In this document: one piece after another, positions 1 through 14,728 of the stretch
Numbering within the stretch: the stretch's first letter is position 1
Layout of the letters: the number at the start of each line of letters is the position of its first letter
Assembly: GCF_009914755.1 (NCBI RefSeq)
Contig: NC_060925.1
Length of the DNA: 64,000 nt
Origin: the human T2T-CHM13v2.0 reference genome, Homo sapiens
Reading direction: 5' to 3' (one strand)
Program-made: the position numbers and the translations under genes
Notes under the pieces: generated by a model
Databases searched by the model: none
What the model was told of the DNA's origin: nothing
What the model saw: the letters and a program-made list of their open reading frames with translations, nothing else

Positions 1-1
1 A

Positions 2-424
<423 letters not shown>

Positions 425-538
425 TAAATGTCAGACATAATTTTAAAAATATGCATATATACCCATTTATTCTGGGAGATAGTCCATGGTTTTTGATCTG
501 TTCTCAAAGGACTCTGTGACTTAAAGTTAAGAACCACA

Positions 539-1186
<648 letters not shown>

Positions 1187-2434
1187 TCATTTGTGTTCTG
1201 GCACACAGCTGGGGTGAGTGAACGAGCCAAGCCCATTTTACAAGGAAGGCAGCCAAATTCACATTAGAATTTAATCAGAAATATCTGTAAAAACTCGAGA
1301 GAATCCATATATTTCCTAAAGATCTTAATTGAACTTTGGGTACTTAGAACACAGAGGCTGTTTGGCCAGGCGTGGTGGCTCATGCTTATAATCCCAGCAC
1401 TTAGAGCTCCAAGGGGCTTACAGTCCTCTGAATCTAAGCCCAGGGCTTGTGTACTACAAGCTGCTGAGTCTGCTAAACTCCCCCCACCTTGGCAGCTGTG
1501 CAGCTGGGAGGCAGGAAAAGCCTTTCTTCCTCTGCTTGGAAGAAGAGAGCAGAAGCAGTGGTGATAGGATGCCTGGGGGGAACCTGGTGGCCATGCTGGG
1601 CTGATGTGCTCAGGGCTCCTGTGCCTTCTCCGCTATTCCTGGCACAGACAGTTGGCATCATGGCCACGGTAGGGGGCTGAGGCACTGCGGGGGCCCCTCA
1701 GGCTGAGAAATCGGCTGGAACAAACCAAATTATAATGCACAAACAACATCACCCTCAGCCTCCTGGCCTCAGAGCAGGAAGAGTGCCAGATGGTATCTAA
1801 CAGCAGCTGTTGATCTCCATCCTGGTCTGAGCAGCACCACTGAGCCTCAGGCCAGTTTCTCTGGGAGCTGAAGGGCAGCCAGCACCAGCAGGAGGCCAGG
1901 CTCCCCTGACCCTGATCGTGGGCCCTAGCACGGCCTGCATCTCCGCCTGGGACACCCAGTTGGCCTGGAAATGCTCATCTATCGTTAGACTCACCTTCCC
2001 TGACTTCTCCCCACCCCTGGCTCCCAGGGCCCGCTGCTTTTGCCCAAAGCACTCAGCAATGAGACAGGGTTGTTTCTAGCTGGTGTCCCCCACTAGCCAG
2101 GAAGCACATGAAGCGCAAGGTCCCAAGACGGACCCATATACACCTGTCAGCTGGAGGAGGGTAAAGGGCAGGGACCTAGTGTTCTTCCTGAAAGTAGAAG
2201 GAACGGACAACAGGTCAAATTCGGCTGGTCACAAGGTAAGGAAGGAGGGAGATGACACTCTGCGGGAGCCCCTCCTCAGCAGAGAAGCAAGGCCTGGCCA
2301 CGCATTCCTGGGTGATGTCAAGAAATGGCAAGATCGGTGGTGGCCATTCTGCTGATCCCTCTGCAATGCCAGCTGATGCTCTGGAAAGAAGGAACCAGCA
2401 AGCTATTCTCTCTGGACCCTCAAGAACCAAGCAG

Positions 2435-2449
2435 CCACCAGAGGGCAGC
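2435..2449 (+). promoter_or_regulatory. Candidate CTCF site CCACCAGAGGGCAGC in intron 8
   Basis: Near-perfect match to CTCF core CCACYAGRKGGCAG; motif only. Confidence 0.55.
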
Positions 2450-2994
2450 CTTTGGCAGAGGCTGAGCCCTTGGACGTTGGGCTTCTCCAATGGGTGACAG
2501 AGAGCATCACAGATCTAACGCCCTGTTGTACAGTGAGCCCATCTGCGGCTGGCTCCTCTGCCACTTAGGAGCCTCCGGACCTTGATCTGGCTCAGAAAAG
2601 GGAAAAGTAATGACAGAATCCACACCATGCATTTATTAAGTGCTCACTGTAACCAAGTTCGATGTGCTTGGTGCTGGAGAGACTGGAAAGGCGCTGTCAA
2701 TGTAAGCTGGTGTGGTCATGACCCCGAGCCTCCAAGTAAACACTATTAATTACAGAGAAGCAGCCTGGTGTCGGCCAGGCGCCTATTTTGGAGTCACTTA
2801 CTAGCTGTGTGCCCTTCAGCAGGTAACTTGACCTTTCTGAGCATCAGTTTTTCCATCTGTGGACTGGGCATAACAACCATCCTTCCTTTGTCACATAGTT
2901 TCAAGGACTAGATGAAATGAGTATAAAAGCCCCCAGTCCAGGGCCCTGTCTGAAACCTGGAGGCCATCCCAGCCTCCCTAGCAGCCGGCGCTCA

Positions 2995-3216
<222 letters not shown>

Positions 3217-3326
3217 TCAGTGGCTGCCCCCCCACTATCCACTGGACGAGAGTTGGTGGGGGGCTTGGCCAGCCAAGTCCGGCACAGGGAGCCAGGGGGC
3301 TGCACAGTGCCCCCAAGACACCCGTG

Positions 3327-3622
3327 GGGCCAGGTGTGGTGGCTCACGCCTGTAATCCTGGCACTTTGGGAGGCTGAGGTGGGTGGATCACCTAAGGTCA
3401 GGAGTTTGAGACCAACCTGGCCAACATGGCGAAACCCCGTCTCTACTAAAAATACAAAAATTAGCTGAGCATAGTGGGAGGTGCCTATAATCCCAGCTAC
3501 TCAGGAGGCTGAGGCAGGAGAATCACTTGAACCCAGGAGGAGGAGGTTGCAGTGAGCCCAGATCGTGCGCCATGGCACTCTAGCCTGGGCGGCAGAGAGA
3601 GACTTTGTCTCAAAAAAAAAAG
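3327..3622 (+). mobile_element. Alu (S-like) in intron 7
   Basis: Full-length; TSD AAGACACCCGTGGG both sides. Confidence 0.92.
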
Positions 3623-4467
3623 AAGAAGACACCCGTGGGAGACACAGCATTGAGAATGATCTCGGGGCCGTGTCTCTCTGCTGCTTCCCTACAGCCTCCA
3701 GGAGAAAGCCCAAAGTCTTGGCTCGTCTCACAGGTCCCCACCTGGGCTGGTCCCTGTCTTCCAGGGCTTGTCCTGGGGCTGTCTTTCCATTCTTAGAATG
3801 CATCTTTTCTGACCACCCCCCACCCGTGTTCCAAGATCTGAATTAGGTCTCCACGGTAGACTTTCTCAGCTCCACTTTCTCTTAGTTAAATAATATCCGC
3901 CTCGCCGACCAAACCACAGGCCCTGTGGGACGAAGGCTATGGTGGTCTTGTCTGCTACCATCTCCCCAGCATCAGGCACTCTGTGGGCGCTTGGTCAAGT
4001 ACATGCCGGCGGAAGGATGAAAGGACAGATGAATGAGTTCCAGGTGAGGTCGCCCCAAGAGGCATCACAAGAGGCAGGCCAGGGGGAGGGAGAGCCATGG
4101 GCTTCGGAGCACGTGGATCCGGATGTGAATCTCAGGCTCGTCATTTACTGGCTATGTGACCTTGAGCAGATCACTTAGCATCTCTGAGCCTGATACCCTC
4201 TTCTGTAAAAGGCAAGACAAAACTAATTCCTGTTTGACAGATGAGGCAAATGAAGTTCAGTATCTGCAGGGTTAATGGGAGGGTCACAGGTGATGTATAA
4301 AGGGCCAGGCGAATTGTGGTAGCTGTTATTGCTGCCTCTGCCTCTCTCTAGAACCAGGACAAATGATACCTGTCTCTTGCCCCTTGTGTCCATGATGCCT
4401 GAGTGACACAGCCAGCCTAGGGGTGTCCCTCCCCTGCCAGGGTCTGCCTGTTTCACCCATCAGGTCA

Positions 4468-4779
<312 letters not shown>

Positions 4780-5740
4780 CTACAGTCACTGAGAAGCCCA
4801 CTCAGGGACGGGATGACACATTCCTGCCTGTCCACGTGGCCCCCCCCCGCAGGGCTCCTGGGCTCCTCAGAAGGGCTGGACAGAGCCACCCTCCTTTTTA
4901 AACAGCTACTTGCCTCGGCAAAGTGCCTCTATCTCCCCAACGCTTTCCAGGTGGTTAAGAGTCACTCAAAAGCTGTGTGATCTTGGCCAAGTTACTGAAC
5001 CTTTCTGATTCTCAGGTTTCTTCTCAGGTAAATAGGGAAAATAAAACCTAACCTTCAGAGCTAGAATGGGGATTCAAGAAGACAGTGCTGGTCAAGTGCC
5101 TGCCAAGCAGGAGGGGAGGGTCAAATTCTGCTTGCTACTATTGGCGCCCATGGCCACATCTTGGCATACCTAGGACAGGTGTTATTGCAATCCATTTGAT
5201 TTATAAGGTAACTGTAGCTCTGAGAGGTTGAGGCACTTGCCCAAGGTCACACAGTGACTGAATGGTAGAGATGGGCTGGGAACTCAGCTTTTAGGACCCC
5301 CAGCCTGGGTTTCTCACTTCTGCATTGGAGGTTGGGGCAGACCAGTGCTGGAGCTCCCCTGGGCAGGCTGAGCCTCTGTCTGGGGCATGCTCTGACAGGG
5401 AGAGATGGATTCAAACCCATTCCAAGAAGAGTTACAAAGAGCAGACGCTAAGGAGGGGGAAACCAGGATGTGGGTTCAGCTGTGCCCAGGAGTTGACATC
5501 ACTCTTGGGGCCCACGGAAACCCATCAGCACCCAAAGTTTCACCTGTATGCAGTGCCCATCTACGCAAGGCCAGCAGCCTGCAAAGATCTCACCAGTGGG
5601 GCCTCTGGAAATAACCCAGGCTCAGAAACTAGAAGACCGCCGTCCCACCCAGGGCAAGCCCCTCTCCCACCCCAGGTCCTGCTAAACTCAAAACAGGAAG
5701 AGGTCGTGCCCGCCCCCTCGACCGCTGCAGGTTCAAGCTA

Positions 5741-6013
<273 letters not shown>

Positions 6014-6329
6014 TCAAGAGCAAAGGAAAGGATTGGTCTTCATCGGGGGTTTCCGACCCATGAGCTGGAGACCCATGGATGGAGCAAAGGCTTATCCTAG
6101 ACAAGCCAAGCAGCCAGGCATGAATCCAGCCGCTCCCTGGGTGGCTGGGATGAGAATGGGAAAGAGACTTTTCCCGGTTCACGGTTTATATTTTGGATAA
6201 TGAATTGTGTGAATGTGATTATATCAAAACATAAATTCAATTGTGCCTCTGGGATAAAAAAGGCTCCACATGTTTAAGAAGGTTGGTAAATTACGGTCTA
6301 CTTTAGTCTCAAAGTTGGGATTTTAAAAA

Positions 6330-6582
6330 AATTTTTTTTGAGATGGAGTCTTGCTCTGATTCCCAGGCTGAAGTGCAGTGGGGCCATCACAACTCACTGC
6401 AGCCTCCACCTCCTGGGCTCAGGTGATTGTCTCACCTCATCCTCCTAAGTAGCTATGACTACAGGTGTGTATCACCACACCTGGCTAATTTTTAAATTTT
6501 TTGGAGATGGGGTCTTGCTATGCTGCCCAGGCTGGTCTTAAACTCCTGGCTTCAAGTGATCCTCCTGCCTCAGCCTCCCGAG
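6330..6582 (-). mobile_element. Alu (J-like, 5'-truncated) in intron 5
   Basis: Diverged Alu; TSD AAAGTTGGGATTTTAAAAA at 6311 and 6583. Confidence 0.88.
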
Positions 6583-6939
6583 AAAGTTGGGATTTTAAAA
6601 AATCTCCCTGGTCTTCCCTGGTTTGGCACATGGGACCTGTCCAGAGAGGAGGGGACTAGCATAGTCCCCAGCGCATGCAGCCACCAACCCTGCTGCAATG
6701 CTTTCCTGGAGCCAAGCTAAGAGGCAGGGCTGTCCAGGGAACACGAGGCAGGCAGAAAACATCCACAGACACCTACTGTCTGCACCAGGAAGCCTCAGAG
6801 TCTGGGAAGTGCCCAAGAAAGCAAGAAAGATGTCTTCCCCTGCTCAGGAGTAAGCAGGTATAGGAGAGTGGCCTGGGTCCCTGCTCACGGGGAGGGCTCT
6901 GGTTCTGGGCCAAGACTCTCTGTGGGTCTTTCTGGAACA

Positions 6940-7205
6940 GGCACACACCCCTCCACACACACAAACATAACCCCTGAGGAAAAAACAGCAGCAACGTGGA
7001 GGAATATTTTCCCTCTAAACATGGCCCCCATCCCACACACAGATGCACAGAGAGACACACAGACAGATGACAGACATCTACAACAGATGCTGACACACAC
7101 TCTCACACAAACACATGCACAGACAACCCACCCACGCAGCTACGCAATGTGCTCACACTCACATGTGCTCTCGCACACTCGCTCTCTCTCTTTCTGTCTT
7201 TCTCT
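6940..7205 (+). repeat. CA-rich / CT-rich low-complexity tract in intron 5
   Basis: Degenerate cacaca/ctctct runs. Confidence 0.7.
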
Positions 7206-7213
7206 TGGTGCTA

Positions 7214-7537
<324 letters not shown>

Positions 7538-9032
7538 TCAGCTGCAAAGGAGCTCTGACATCTGCCTGTCGGAGTGGCAGTGAGGAATGCCGTCACCGTG
7601 AGTATGTGAGGGCCCCTGGACAGAGCCTGGCAAGCTGAAGGCGCTCCCGAAATTTTGCTGACTGCAAAGAAAAAGAATCGACCACGTTTCTCTCCCTCTG
7701 CCAGTTGGGTTCACAGACGTGTCCCCGGGTTGACCGCACGTGCCCACCAGCAGGACAGTGTTCTTCCCCTGTGGATAACGTGTGGTACGAACACCCCTGC
7801 CTGGTGCATGGGACAGAGGCCGGTCTTGGTTTTCAGATACCAGATGATCTTTCTTGTGATAAAGACTGAAGTTGGATGGAAACTCAAAAGGCTCATTCAT
7901 TATGAATTTACTTTTTGCTTCCTCCTTGGAGGGGCTAGGCACGTTCACCAGGCTTACAGCCAACTCCTGGGGCCGTTTTCCACCGCCCTTGCCAACTCCA
8001 GCAAGGAGCATCTCCCTCCTGCAGTGGCTTCTCAGACCTTACCCCAGACACCCGGAGATTCTGTTCCCTTCTCCCTCACCTCAGTGCCCTGGTCCAGATG
8101 CCACCTGCTAAAGGCAATGCTCCGGTGGGTGCACCTGGTGAAGATGACCGCTTCCTGCCACTCAGGTCCACAAGGGACCCACTATATACTGGGGCTCTGT
8201 GCATGAGCCTTCTTCTCAGAGCCCTGCTCCAGGCCATGCCAGATACTCTAAACCCCTCAATTCCATCTGTCCCTCTTGCCTCCTCTGGGAAACTCACTGC
8301 TCCAGACACATTCCCTCATTTCATGTTCATTTCTCTCTGGCCCTGAAGCCCCTTCCTTTGCCTCCTTCAAAGATCCCTCAAACCCCAGCTCCTTCACAAA
8401 GACTTTCCTAGCAGAACTGTATCCATCCACCCTCTGACCAGATACTAGATGCTTACTCTATGCTAGGCCCTGTGTAAGCTGTGGGACACAAGAGAAAACA
8501 TCCCTGTCCCCAAGGAGCTTCTGCATGGGACCCTGTTAAAATCCTACTCAACCTCAAGGCCTCTACGGGGACATCTTTTTGATGAAGGCTCTCCTAAGAT
8601 GTTCATTCCCAAAGGCCCTCACCGCTCTGCATACCTGTGTCCACCATTAGACCGTGAGCTCCTTGGGACAGAAAGCAGGTCTTATTTATGCCTATAAAAT
8701 TCAGAGCCCAGCCCTGTGCCTGGCACCCAGCAGAAACTCAAAGAAATGACCACAAGACACGACAGTGCTATGAACAACGCACGTGGCTATGGAACACAGA
8801 GAAAAGTCACTCCCTTCGGAGGGGTGGGGAGAAGAGGGGTCTCCAGAGGGCGTTCCATTTGAGCTGGTTCTGAAAGCTGAAGTTGTTCACCAGGTGGAAG
8901 GGAGGGGAGAGGCCACTGGGTTGCGCGGAGCAGGACAGGACAGTGTGGGGACAAGCGGGGATGCCTGAAAGGGCAGGCGGACTGCTTGGAGAAAAGAAAG
9001 CTGTCTGGCGTAGTCACTTGGAGCAAAGGACA

Positions 9033-9167
9033 TGAGTCACTTCCTGGCCAGTCTTTCATCAGCTTTCCCAGCCTCACCCCGAGAGCTCCCTGCCCCCCGA
9101 TCCTCACCATAAATAGCACCATGGCTTTCACTGATCAGAGCATCGAGCCCCGGTCTTGCTGACGTCA
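9033..9167. promoter_or_regulatory. Candidate intron-4 enhancer: overlapping AP-1/ETS TGAGTCACTTCCTG (9033-9046) plus palindromic CRE TGACGTCA (9160-9167)
   Basis: Exact consensus motifs clustered in non-repeat sequence. Confidence 0.45.
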
Positions 9168-10365
9168 GGGTGATGGCCCTGAAAGGGGGACGGGACCAGC
9201 TTGGGGCTAGTCTGAAGGAAGACACAGAGACAAGAGAGCCCCTTGAGAGACAGGGTCAGGGGCCTGAACGAGGGGCTATGGAGGGTTCGTACAGCCCTGG
9301 AGACCATGGGCTACTGGGTTGCTAAGTGCTGGAAACACCTGCATGTCCCCCAGGCACCACGGCAGCTCTGAGAAGAGGACTCTGTGAGGGGAGGGCGGAA
9401 ATGGGGAAGCTGGGATACAGAAGATCAGGGAGAGCAAAAGGGGAGTGCCTCGCCCCTCCCAGGGGCCTCGTTCCTATGGCAACACTCCCAATGAAGCTCT
9501 TGGAAGAAAAAGCAGGAGAATCGTCATTGCTCCCCAGGCCTCAGATGCAGCGTCTCACCCTCCACATCTGGCTCCGGCCAAAGCCCTGAAATGCCAGGGC
9601 CAGCGCTGGGGAAGGCACTCTGTGTGCTCTGGCCCATGAGTGAGCCTGGCATCTCCCTCCCCCAAGGCCACAAAGATAAGAGGCCTAAAGAACAGCTCCC
9701 AGGAGCAGCCTGGCTGTGCTAATCACAGCGAGTTCCGAGGCCCTCTTCCCTAACACCTGTCTGCAAGCCCCAAATTATCACCGGGAGGGAGAAGGAATGC
9801 CTCCTTCAGACACAGCCTCCCTTGCTCCTTCGCTGAGAGGCTGCCACAGGCCAGGTTCAAACTCCATTCCTTTGGCCCCCACCACCTGGGTGCCACGCTC
9901 ACTTGCTTTCCCACATTGTTTACAAAGTTCCTTTTGCCTGGCAACCGCCAGGCCGGGTGTGGGGGACAGTGGGCAACATAACTGGAGGCCTGTCCACGTG
10001 AGGCATGCAGCGTGGTGAGTGAGGCAAACGGCAGCCAAGGACTCGCGGGAGCATCTGATTACGCACGGGGTGAACGCTGTGAGAACATCCCAGAGGCCTT
10101 GAAGGGGAGGGCGGGAGGAGACCAGGGAAGCCAAGCAAGGCCCCGGGGAAGCTTCGTTTGAGCTTCGGGCTGAAGGATGAACTCAATGTGGAGTAGAAGC
10201 AGGGGCTGTGCCTGGGCTGCCCCTCCACCATTCCATGTCTTAGTGGTCCCTGCAGCCCCAGAACCAGCCCTGGATAGGGACCTAGTAGGCCCCTAGCAAC
10301 AGGTGGTGGCTGCAAGAACAGAGCCCAGTGTCCCTTTCTGGAGAGGAAGGACATCTGGAAGATGA

Positions 10366-11037
<672 letters not shown>

Positions 11038-11188
11038 TGAGCAAAGGTGGGCGCTTGGCCAGGATGGCGGCAGAGAAGGGGGCGAGAAGTATTTGGAACA
11101 TGAGAGAAAGGAGAGTCAAGAATGGAGTCAAGTTTCTTTGGCCTGAGTGAGAAGCTGCTGACACTGGGGAACCGCAGCCTGAGGATGA

Positions 11189-12178
<990 letters not shown>

Positions 12179-12277
12179 TAATCCCCAGCCCCAAGCAATG
12201 CCTGGCACACAGAAAGTGTCTGATGCATAATTGGTGAGTGAATAAAGGAATGAATGACAGAGAAACGTAGCACTCTA

Positions 12278-12644
<367 letters not shown>

Positions 12645-13192
12645 CTAGGACTGTGCCAACCCTCCATAGCCCCTCGTTCAGGCCCCCAACCTTGCCTCTC
12701 AAGGGGTGCTCGTCTCGGTATCTTTTTTCAGACTAGCCCCAGGCTGGCACTGTCCCCTTTCGGGGCTGTCACTCTGAGTTCAGCAAGACCAGGGCTTGAT
12801 GCTGTGGTCTCCTTTAAGACACCCCTGGCTCATGTTTACTTCCCAGAAGATTTCATGGAGGCAAAGAAGAAGCCAACACCCAACAGTGTGGCTCCTGGCA
12901 CTATGCTGGGGACACATTTTGGAGACAGCAGCACTTCTGCGGCCTCCTTGTGCTATGAAGATCTTTTGGCAGCCTAGGGCCACACAACAGAGCTCCACAC
13001 TGCCTGGGTACTTCCTTCTAGGGGCCCCGAGTTCCAGAAGCTTCCTCAGTCCCTACCCCAAAGTCCCAGAGAGGAAGACAGAGCACCATTTCATCGGCCG
13101 CTTCTTCCTCTGGGAGTTTTCATTGGAATGCCCTCTCCACATCACTCCTCAGGGAGGAAATGAACGCCCAGGCAGGCAGAGCTGTGGGGTAT

Positions 13193-13320
13193 GATAGGGG
13201 TGTCTGGGAATCCCCCGTATGCTGCTGGGATAGGGGTGTCTGGGAATCCCCCACGCGCTGCTGGGATAGGGGTGTCTGGGAATCCCCCACATGCTGCTGG
13301 GATAGGGGTGTCTGGGAATC
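13193..13320 (+). repeat. 36-bp minisatellite, 3.6 copies (GATAGGGGTGTCTGGGAATCCCCC-nnnn-GCTGCTGG)
   Basis: Units start 13193, 13229, 13265, 13301; only 4 variable bases (GTAT/ACGC/ACAT). Confidence 0.95.
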
Positions 13321-13993
13321 GTGCGGCCTCCCTTGATGCAGTGGGACCATCTGGCCAGGAGCCTGTGGGGCCCTGACTCCACACCAGGGCAGGACCAGTG
13401 TTTGTTTTAGATAAAACTAGACTCCGTTCAGACAGTCACAGGCCTCAGGAGCCCCATCCTGTGCTGGGGGGAAGGGGTGCTGATAAAGGAGACGCCTTGC
13501 TCTGCAGAACAAAAATAATTCCACCACTGCCACCGCTCACAGCATCTACAGCAGGCCCTGTGCTGCTGTCACAACCTCACCCTGGTCCCCTGAGGCGGAT
13601 ATCACCATCCCATTTCAGAGACAAGGAAAATGAGGCCCAGGTGCGTGAAGAAACTGGCCTATCAAGGCAGAGCTAGTGGGTAGCATGCTGGACTTCTAAG
13701 CCTTCCTGAGAAAGTGAACTGCTTCCTCTGAGATGGGCATAGGCATGGCTGTGTGTGCATCTTGTCCTGACCATTCCACAGTGGCTGTTATCACACTCCA
13801 TTTACAAGTAAGAGGTTGGGTAACTCGTCCTAGGTCGCAAAAGTGGCTGTGGCCAGGACTGGAGCCTAAGCCTTTTCTGCTTCCCTGTCCTTTCCTGCAG
13901 GTTGGCTCAGAAAACCGGAGGTGAAGCTGAAGCAGCCCAGCTGGCCCTAAGAAGCCCTGGACGCTCCCTCCCATCCTCACATCGTTGAGTCAA

Positions 13994-14728
13994 TGCTATT
14001 ATTTGAATGTCTGTGTCCCCTCCAAAATTCATGTTGGAACTTAATCCTTAAGGAGCAGTTTTAAGAGATGGGGCCTTTAGGTCATGAGGGCTCTGCTCTA
14101 TGAATGGATTAGTGTCTTATAAAAGGGCTTGAGGGGGCCAGTTCCCCCCTCTTCAGTCCCATATGCCATGTGAAGACACAGTTCATGGTGCCATCTTGGA
14201 AGCAGAGAGCAACCCTTAACAGACACTGAACAAGCCCGTGCCTTGATCTTGGACTTCACAGCGTCCAGAACAGTGAGAAATAAATTTCTGTTGTTTACAA
14301 ATTATCCAGTGTATTAGTCTGTTTTCCCACTGCTGATACAGACATACCCAAGACTGGGCAATTTACAAAAGAAAGAGGTTTAATGGACTTCCAGTTCCAC
14401 GTGGCTGGGGAGGCCTCACCATCGTGGTGGAAGGCAAGGAGGAGCAAGTCACGTCTTACATGGGTGGCAACAGGCAAAGAGAGAGAGAGGCTGTGCAGGA
14501 GAACTCCCATTTTTAAAACCATAAGATCTTGTGAGACTTATTCACTATCACAAGAACAGCACGGGAAAGAGCCGCCCCCGTGATTCAATGACCTCCCACT
14601 GGGTCCTTGCCACAAAATGTGGGAATTGAGGGAGCTACAATTCAGGATGAGATTTGGGTGGGGACACAGCCAAACCATATCATCCAGTCTGTGGTATTTT
14701 GTTACAATAGCACAAACAGACTAAGAAT
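13994..14728 (+). mobile_element. MST-type MaLR solo LTR, interrupted by a THE1 LTR
   Basis: Begins TGCTATTATTTGAATGTCTGTGTCCCCTCCAAAATTCATGTTG, ends ...GCACAAACAGACTAAG; typical MST termini. Confidence 0.8.
14310..14682 (-). mobile_element. THE1 (B/C-like) MaLR solo LTR with 5-bp TSD TCCAG
   Basis: Minus strand starts TGATATGGTTTGGCTGTGTCCCCACCCAAATCTCA and ends ...GACTAATACA; TCCAG at 14305-14309 and 14683-14687. Confidence 0.9.

Noticed and set aside
13193-13320. 36-bp repeats superficially like a CRISPR array
   Set aside because: Units are directly adjacent with only 4 variable bases, no unique spacers, no cas genes, human intron; it is a minisatellite. Its repeated-peptide ORFs arise because 36 is a multiple of 3.
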